Shown here: positions 54,924 through 64,000 of the stretch, piece by piece | How positions within the stretch are numbered: the first letter of the stretch is position 1 | Layout: every line of letters starts with the position of its first letter | Assembly: GCA_038496445.1 (NCBI GenBank) | Contig: JALMLS010000255.1 | Location: forward strand, 1 to 64,000 | DNA: 64,000 nt | Origin: Trichosphaerium sp. ATCC 40318 | Lineage: Eukaryota; Protista; Tubulinea | Reading direction: 5' to 3' | The notes under the pieces: generated by a model | The model's input: only the letters and a program-made list of their open reading frames with translations | What the model was told of the DNA's origin: nothing | The model's database searches: none | Translations under genes and position numbers: made by a program

Positions 54924-56173
54924 CTACTCCAAGTAGAAAGGAAATATGTATCCATGCCAGATGATGCCAGTGCCGGAAGGAGAACGTTTAGAGCCAGGAG
55001 TTTCACCTTCAGAGTATTTTTCTGGACGGCCCATTTGTAGAACTGACTCGATTGAAGCTACAAGAGCACTGGATGCTGGTGTTGGAGGCTTGGTATCTGC
55101 TTCTGTATCTGCAGGGCATAAAGAGTGTTGAACGAAATTGTACCAGTCCTTACAAAGTGAATAATGATGGGCACGTGCGATCAAAGTTGGTTCAGCTCTG
55201 CAGTCGTACACAAGCACTTCGATGCTGGTCCATTCGGTGTCGTATGCGTTGTTGTCGTTCTGAGGGTCATCTACCGTTGATTCGAATAGCCAAGGTTCAG
55301 CAGCACCAAGCTTGGTCGAAAGCAACGCTCTTAGTTTCGGTAACAGAGCTGACTTCAAAGAATCCGTCAAACCTTCAATATTCTTGCATTGTGAAGTCGG
55401 TAGTGGCTTCGTTGATGATCCATCCCAGTTCGCAAACTCCTGGCAAGTAGCTGTACCGCTTTTCAAGTCGAAAGCGTGCTTGATGATGTGCATATCGCAG
55501 TTGCCACCAGGGAATCTATCCAAAGCTCGATGATAAATGTCAATCTTAAACGGCAGTTTCTCTTCGTTGTTGTTGGCCAAAACAGCGAGCACAGCATCCT
55601 TATCTGTAACCTGAGATACAACCTTTGGTCTTGGATGTTCGTTGAGCTCCGTTCTCCAACGTGCACGATTGTTCGAGCAACTCTTTGACGTCATTCTTTT
55701 TGCGAACTTGACGGATTCTTTTGGGTCTGTAAAGCCTAGTTTCGCTCCAATCTTGTGCCAGAAGCTTGTTTTCTCTTCTTCAGTAGCGTTGCTGTTGGGT
55801 ACGGTATCTCCATCAGTGTTTTCCAAGTACGTCTTGAGTTCTCGCTTAAAATCGTCGTATGTGCCAATATTCTCGTCGTGATCGGTTTTTACGGTGTAAG
55901 TTGCGCCGTCAGTGAGTTTGACGCGTTTTTCATCCCATTCGCCTCAAAGCCATCTGGACGCTTAAAGACAAGGCCAGACTTCTCAATACGAAGAAAAACA
56001 GTGCCATCGGGACTTGAGTTGTCGTATGTCACCTTTACAACTTGACCAGGTTGAACAGGCGTCCTTAGTGCACTTGTCAGAGAAGAACAACCATCTGGGA
56101 GTTCAGTAATACGCATCACGTCATAGCCTCCGACTTGTTCTTTCTGGGTAGTGTTATTGATGTAGTACGACAT
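54924..56173 (-). CDS. Intronless hypothetical protein (about 415 aa if a 1-nt frameshift near 55942 is corrected)
   Basis: ORFs 55889-56200 and 54924-55826 join if gaggc is read as gagggc (...DGFEGEWDEKRVKL...); visibly more GC-rich than neighbours. Confidence 0.65.
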
Positions 56174-56691
56174 GAGGTGCTGTTGAGGAAGTAATGACAA
56201 GCTGTTTTGTGATTAATATATTACAAGTTTGTGCACTAAACGTGTTTCTTCTAATTGTTGTGAATGTTCTTCGAATGACAGTTACTGGAAATGCTCTAAC
56301 TGTACAGTGTAATTTTGCAAGAAATTTGCGAGTTTTCGATTTTTATGAAAATTATTGTGACATGTCGTAGCAGTCGCAAAATAGTTTTATCGTACTGGTG
56401 CTCACGCACAAGAGGCTTTCCATTGTTTACGTGTACATCAGTCTTCTCACTGCGAATATTGAGCATTTTGAATTGATACTGGGTTAAATATTATTTTCGA
56501 AGTTTGAGAACACTATGTGGAAGGGGCAACAGGAGGATACGTGTAGCGACGAGAGTATACAGAGACCACTTTGAATAGCACCGAAACAAACAATCAGGAC
56601 CGCCCTAACTTACAGGCTTGCTTCTACAATACCAACAACAGGCGCTCTATAAAAGAATGTCAAAGCAAAACATTTTTGGCTTTATTTTATC

Positions 56692-59600
56692 TTATTTCTT
56701 ATCGTCCTTAAGTGACTGAACTATTGATTCCAGCTCTTGTAAACGATTGAGTAACCTTTAAATAATAAGTAAACAAGCATTACACTTGAGAGAATAAACT
56801 ATTTTCAAGAATGACATACCCTTTGTAGTCAGTACTTGTGTTGTCGGGACCAAGCTCTTCTTGTTGTACAGTATCATTTGTTATCGTTGTATTTTCACTT
56901 ACCTTATCATCTGAAATGCGTTGTATAATATGATGTCTATCAGTATACATCAACACTATCCCATTGACCCAAAATCCGACATTCTTTACACCTAGAAAAC
57001 AACCGATTTTTTAACAACAGTTTCTACTTTCTTGTGGACGATTTCAGCAAAAGGTTGCAATAAAATACAAAAAAAAAGTCAATATAACGTACCAGCAACA
57101 TTACCAATGCGCTCAGGTACTCTTTGACAATCACCCCAACGCCACACTAGTAAAAAATTTAGAAGTGCGAAAAAAACAAGAACCTTGTCAACAAATGGCT
57201 TTTTTTTAAAGCTCACCATGTCCTTGATTAGACAAAGCTACGCATGTATCACGTCTAGCGAATATATTTGTTATTTTTTCACCAATCTCTAAATTAAGAA
57301 GTATCACGTGTGAGCATACAACTCCAATTTTTTTCCCAAAAGGCATTGGAGCGTTTTGTTCTTGTGAAAGATTTGCAGAAGCGAGTGTGCAATTACCAAG
57401 TTGACCTTTCTCATTGTTTCCAAAAGTATAAACAGAACCGTCTTGGCAAAGGAGGGCAGCAAATTCTACACCACAAGCCGACTTGATGATTTTCTTTCCA
57501 GGAATGCAAAATTTACTAAACTCGATGTATTCTTTGTTTTCTTCCTCTTTGTCATCTTCATTGGGAGTGTGATTAAACATTCGTCCATGGAAGTAAGCAC
57601 TGCCTATTACCAGTTGTTGTTTACATATTAGTTTCTTTGTTGTAGTTCCGTACCTTCTTTTGTGACAGCAATACAGTTGTAAGGTCCTGCAGATATGTGA
57701 ATAAATCTAAGGTGGCTGACTCTATCTGTAGTTGATGAAAGCAGTGTTGGGTAAGGTTGATAATGGAATGCAGTTCGTTCTTTGCTTTCAATATCATGGT
57801 GCATTTGACCCCAAATATAAAGCTCGCCTACAACCGAACATGTCAAATCAAAAAGTGAACAAAAAATGATTTGTTGGTACCTTCAACTGACAGAGCAACA
57901 ACAAAGTACTCTCCGCAAGAAAAATCATTTATAGGTGTACCAATGAGAGACTGTTACATGTATTAGAATAATATGAAACAAAAGTAAACTGAGAATCCAT
58001 ATAAAAAGCAAAAAAAAAAATCTAGCGTACATGAACAAGTCTTGGTGTTGACGCTTTTTCAAATCCTGCATGCCCAAGTCCTCCTGTCTTATTTGTACCC
58101 TAGTTGTGTAAGTAAATACTTTGTGATGTGATAGTAGGTTCGTACAAAGGTATAGAGGGTTGCATTTGATGTTAGCAACACATAAATTGTAGTGCCATTT
58201 AAGAAAGTTGAATTACCAACTTTTACAACACCTTGAACTGGTGCTGTTTTGAATTTAATTGCGTTACCCCAGAAGAATGCTTTTCCTCTTGTGTTACAAG
58301 TCAATGTCATACTATGTGTTAATCGTGCAAGCTGCCTTGTTGGATTCCAAGGCATATTCCTTGTAAAGCAGATTAGTAATTAGCTTTTTTGTGTTGCTGT
58401 CGTACACTGATGTATCAATCTGGGCAAAAGAGGATATACAGCCCTTGGTCTTATTCTTTAGCAGTGATATCATACCACCTCTATTCCTTAAACTACCATC
58501 ATGAACTCTACAGTCGCTGAGGTTTACATCTATTCTTATAAAAGTTGGTGGAATAATTTTGTCTAAAGTAAAAGTTAGGAAACTATTTTGTTGTAGTTGT
58601 CATTGCTCACCTTCAGCGTATATAGCAGTAACTCGTTCACAACAATATACATAGTCTTCAAAATTATCTGTAATATAAGTATAAGTCAAATGGTATACCA
58701 TAGTGCTCTAATAGCTGAGAAAAGTCTAAACAACGTTACCTATGTTCAAGGATATTGTTTTTGTTTTTGGTGTGACTTGTACTTCGACCTTAGTATTGCC
58801 TTGATGGAATTGTATTTTTGTGTCTTTATCATAGAATACTTTAAATACAAGAGTATTACCACGTTTAACATGTGGAGGACCACTCACACTATTTCTTGAT
58901 GTAATTTCCATTAAGTGTGCTTCTTTAATACAAAACCAAGTCTTTGAAACATGCATTGACGTTTTTCCGAAATAGTTGCTCACTATGAAGCAAAGTAAGT
59001 TAATACCAGTGTTTATACTAACAGTGTAATATAGTGTGTAAAATATTGAATATCAAACATAATTTACAAGAGAGTTTGGGATGAAACAAAGAGAAACTGA
59101 AACAACATAAAAAAGGATTTTCTTTTTGGACAAGTTACTCCTTTTTGTTCAAGTTTTCTTAGCATACATTCTGTGCCATTCTTGTTTTATATTTGAAAAC
59201 TCACGTGAGAGTAAAATAGGCTAGTCATTTGGAGAAAAAACCAAAAGTTGAAGTTATGTTTTCAAAAGAAAAAGAAATCGTCGTACAGTTTTGTATCCAT
59301 GCTTGGACTTCTTTACTTTGTAATGATTTCTCACCATCAACTATGACATCCTTGTGCTTTCCATAATTTTTAGCATAAGCGAAATTACTGCTTTCTTTCA
59401 TAAAGGCATTATAGTAAATAATTGGTATAGGCACTTGGGTCTTAAACACGGCGCTAACTCCAAATCAGTCAAAAAGTTAGAAAAAAAAAAAAGGATTACA
59501 TTCGACTATCAACATCTCCAATGAAAGGATAGTGTTGGAATGCCTTAGCAAATTTTTCATAACTAATAATAATGACGTTAGATTAAAAGTAAAAAAAAAC

Positions 59601-62600
59601 ACGTTCGAACGCACAGTTCAGAGAAATTTAAGGTCCTCTGAGACTTATGATGTATGAGTGCCAGCGTATTTATTATCAACATTTCAATAATATCTCGGCT
59701 AAGAAAAGTTAGCAGAGGATTTTGTATTCATCTTTATCTCATTCAAACAGCCTCTTATGTTACCTTGATTCTGAGGCTCCTCGTTCGACACCAAATTGTG
59801 CTTGACTTAACCACTTAATTGCTTCTTCAAGCATCTAAAAAAATGACTAAGCTGAAAGGTAATTCTCTCATTGTTCTACTTACTTGTCCTTTGTAGTGTG
59901 CTAAACCTTTTAATGTACAGTACCGTGTGTATATACTAATAGGTACTTCGTTATCAGCAGGTGCTATATTAATGTGATTTAGTATTTTATCACAAGCAGA
60001 GAACAGCTCAGTAGCTGAAGGATCCTTCAACATGCAATCTTGTAAAGCAAGTGATAATAATCTTCCAGCTCTACTAATATGGACGTTATCTCTACTTTCT
60101 TTTTCTTCTCCTATCTTTGGTCCTTTTACTGTAGCTTCAATAGAAGTTATATCATCAGTTTCAAAAGGCTCAGCTACTTCAAAAAGCTTCGGATTATCGA
60201 GCAATGCAGCTTTTTTTTTTGGAGATAATGTTATCCCAATTTGCTTCTCCAAAGCCTAGAACAAAAGAGCTTCAGTTTAAATGACAGTTTATATTAGATA
60301 TATTTAACAGTTAACCTTTGTTGGGAGTTTAGTTTGAGGAGAGCATGATTTGCTTATTTCTGAGTGTGTTTTGTTTTTTGAAAAGAAAAAAGCTTGAAAC
60401 TCTTCTAGTTTTGTATTGTTTGTACAAACAAAATTAATGTTGTCTACTTTCTTACCATTAATAGTACATGCTTGTTAATATTACTCCTCAAATCGTAGTT
60501 ATCCTTAACTTCACGTGCTTTCAATGGAGCACCAACCTTTTTTTGTTAGCCGAAATAAACTTGAAAAAAAAAAGACATACTAGAGAGTACTTTAGAAGAA
60601 TCTGAACTCTGATAACCTTTGTCCATAAAACGTCTGCAGCATTATGAAATCCAAATACAAGATTTAATACACTAACTATCTTTCTAATAGATTCATTATC
60701 ACTCATATCTTGTTGAGACCTTAATTGTCTCAATGCATAATTCTTAATACATCGTGCGGACATCTCGGCAAGCATGATGCTGTTAAAAAAGTAAGCATGG
60801 CGCAGTTAAATACACATGATTGTAATGACAGTCTGTACAAGCTCATGTGCACGAGAGATTCAAGTTATGGGTACAGGTTTCGTTATAGGAGGAATCACAT
60901 GAGACACTGCACTTAGTAATACATTTTCACTTTGAGCTGAAAGAAGAAAATATCGTTTTGTTGTAAGCGTACCCTTCGGTTTGTTCTAAATCAATACGAG
61001 ATCTAAGGATACCAATGTGTCTAAGGTTTATGCCATACGAGTGCATTTGTTCAACTAATTCATCACTTGAAGAAATGACAACACTACGGTCTTGTATTTT
61101 ACTTGCCAACCTGCAAAACTATGTTTAGTATATTTGTCAAAAGCACGTTGGTCATTGTTTACGTACTCTCCAATCTTGTCTTGGCGCATATTGTTTGTTG
61201 CTTCAATGATTTCAGGATTGTTCGTATCTTTCTCCAATTTACCAAAGTTTGAGCACTACAACAAGGTTGGAATAACCAAAAGATCGAAGAGAAAAAAAAA
61301 ATTCACAAAATGGTGCCATGTGTAATACATACAGCATCAGAACTTAATGGCTTGCTAAATCCTTGAACAAGTTCAGGTCTTAATTGATAAAATAAAGACC
61401 TCCCGCTTAGCCTATGAGCGGTTAGCATGGATGCTTTCTCGTTCGAAAAATGTATTAATAGTAAATACCCGTATACAACCCATACTGTTCCATGAACCTT
61501 GCGTTGTGCTATTATGGACACTATTTCGTTTAACTCGTCCTTTGGATCTATGGGAAGTCAGGTAAGGGTATAGGGTAAGCTGAAGTAATACGTACTGTTG
61601 TCACCAATGATGACACCTTCTGGTATCTTTATTACTGGTCTTTCTTTCATTAGTGACTTAATTGTCCTAGAAAGCACGTGAATATAAGAAAAAAGTAAGC
61701 TGATGTATCTTACGACATATGAACATCGAATGTATGTGTTAAACCATCTGCTGAAGCGCGAATGACTTAAACAAAAGCCTGTTAGTTAAAAAAACTATCA
61801 ACAATTGTTAGTTGTAGTGCGCACTTGGAAAGTAACCACTAAAGTATTCTGGTGGAAATATACGTGCTGTATCTAGTACATAAAAGCAGTTATCACTACC
61901 TTTATGAACCTCAATATCACAAGGAGCTGCTATAGTAACATTATTTGCTACAAGATGTTCTTTGATATTAAGATGAACAGCACAAGCTTTCATAAGTTCA
62001 TCAACTTGTTTATCACATGCGCATGTTTTACCGGAATCATCTAACACGTTGAGTTAATAATAATCTTCTTTAACAATAGTCACGTACTTGATCCGTACAC
62101 AAGTGTAGAATTACTTTGTATTGGAAGCACTGGAGCAGCTAAAAGGCGGTATCCTCTGAAATGTTATCAGACAAATGTGGCATTTTTTCTTGTTTTTTTC
62201 TTACTTATAATCAATAGTAATGAGTAGTGGTACTCGAAGTTTCTTCAATTTAGAATTCTTTAGTACCACCTTTCTATACGCTTCTAACCCGTGAAGCTCT
62301 AAATTCGCTTTTTGTTCAAATGTCAGACAGGGAAATCTTTTAATTAATAAAATCGTACAAACTTTTTTTGCAAACTCATCGCTTCCATAAAGACCGTGGT
62401 TATCAATACAGAATTTAAAAAATATACCGTCTACCTAATAAAATAGTTTAATAGAATGTATTTATGCGATAAAATGGCATACAATATATTTCTCACCACC
62501 AGCAATACCACCTAATCAAAAACTTAAAATGAAATAAAGTTCTTTGAACCTTACCAATTTTAACAGGTTGTATGGTTCTTGAATGCATTGGTAATTTACA

Positions 62601-63098
62601 TTCGTTGATTATACGGCGACCTATGCCAGTGGCCTTTGCTGTAAAGTCTTTCACAATAGACGTTATATCACTGAACTGTGAATTATCAACAGCACGTTGA
62701 AACTTTTCGTTCCATTTCGGATCCATAGCTAAGAAATTAGCATTTTGCTAGCTTATTTTCTGGTGGTGTTACAAAACACACGCACTGTTGATATCCTTCA
62801 ATTCAGGCTCCTTTATATCAATTAATTCCTCAGGTTTATCCATTTCATCACTATGTGGTGTCACTGCGCCGTATATTAAATCAGCTTCATCAGTGTTCAC
62901 ATCAATATAAATAGAAGCTTCATCTTCCTCTTCAGAATTTGCATCGTAGGCCGTTGCTAGTCCATACACAGTGTCTGAACTATGTGCGTATTGTGGATAG
63001 CCCGCAGTACCTTCGTAGGCGTAAGGGTCGCCCAACTTTGGTGCCGTATACGCGTATGAATTCATTGAACCTTCCGCGTAAGAGTATTCTGAACTCAT
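56692..63098 (-). CDS. CLU (clustered mitochondria)-domain protein with helical region and C-terminal RCC1 repeats, probably one multi-exon gene
   Basis: CLU motifs (GGIAGGEKY, IDYRGYRL, DIEVHKGSD..FYVLDTARIFPP, LRPELV, MHSYGINLRHIG, EMSARCIKN); RCC1 motifs (ACGVEFAALL..DGSVYTFGNNEKGQLG, GELYIWG). Continuity across 58360-59200 not fully verified. Confidence 0.75.
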
Positions 63099-63459
63099 TC
63101 TGGCAATATACATCTGAAGAAACCAAATTAGGATGAAACGGCTACTATTCGCTTATACGTTTGTGCTCTCGTCGGTCAGTACTGTACTTAACTGGCTAGC
63201 GCCCTTTTCGTCATTTTGATCATTCTCGTACACCCAAGGCATCAAAAACCAATTATACAGACCTGTTTTTGGCCCTTTACGCTTGCGAGGCTTTCTGGGC
63301 GGAATAAATCGCATTATTAAATAGATTAGCGCCCAAAGACTTTATTATCAAACAACGAAGCGCAACAACTCGCTCAGTGGTAACACCGACAACCGTTTGT
63401 GTTTTAGGCCTAGTTAAGTGGTATTTTTTAAGTTAGTCCGATTTTGGAGTGTGAAACTA

Positions 63460-63780
63460 TCTCATTACTACAATCGCAACCGGATTTAGAGAGAGCAACC
63501 TTGATGTACCCTAATGAAGCATATATTAATGCCAGAAACTGCTCACTTATCGATATTTTCGCTGTGAAATTCGGCAAGAGCATTCTCTAAGTAAATGCAA
63601 AGTCATGGTCTGCCAGGATAGAATGACTTGGAAGAGATAAACACTTACTCGTGTATTGCGTTAGAGCCACCGAGACGTTGATCTTCCTCCAAACCGCGGT
63701 CCTGTTCTCTCTGTTGTTCATACAAAAGCCCTTCATAAAACTCTTCAAAATAGAACAGAAACTCGATATCGAGCTTTTAA
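63460..63780 (-). CDS. Possible 3' exons of a gene starting further right
   Basis: ELDIEFLFYFEEFYEGLLYEQQREQDRGLEEDQR...|gtaagt followed by further GT-AG-bounded short segments; no recognisable domain. Confidence 0.3.
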
Positions 63781-64000
63781 ACTAAATTTCGTATTTAGAA
63801 AGTGACAAGCTACCGTATCGAGGCCACGCTGAGAGGTTTCTAAAACAGGTTTGCCACCATATTATTGTTTGGATTGCTATTGTTCGAATTGCATGTTGTA
63901 CTCCATGAGTTGTAAATGAACAAAGTACATGTACTAGTAGCTTTGAACAACACCACAGTAGAGCTGTTACATTTGCAGTTTAGCAATAAATGAGATCAAG

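Overview
AT-rich eukaryotic nuclear DNA with a standard genetic code and many short spliceosomal introns, which is why the ORF track is fragmented. The gene content (class C GPCRs, CLU-domain protein, divergent actins, PAK-like kinase) suggests an amoebozoan-like protist; that is inference. The first 17.5 kb is a large inverted duplication: arms 1-7864 and 9684-17490, with the left arm running off the window. Each arm carries an F-box/MORN gene, an ERI1 exonuclease, an NBR1-like receptor, a cyclophilin and a possible capsid-like relic, and the spacer holds a broken actin. The rest contains about 17 hand-spliced genes and a degenerate tRNA-Val. Most notable: (i) roughly 10-fold excess of the palindrome CACGTG, concentrated at intron branch points and donors, including three GCACGTG (GC-AG) donors; (ii) an intact, intron-containing but highly divergent RPS23/uS12 that the ORF track misses; (iii) patchy arm-to-arm identity in the inverted repeat; (iv) a Kelch-F-box-pseudoRas-CaaX protein; (v) intronless giant-virus/bacteria-like genes. 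All gene models and domain calls were made by eye and need RNA-seq/HMM confirmation. Some single-base homopolymer frameshifts may be assembly errors.
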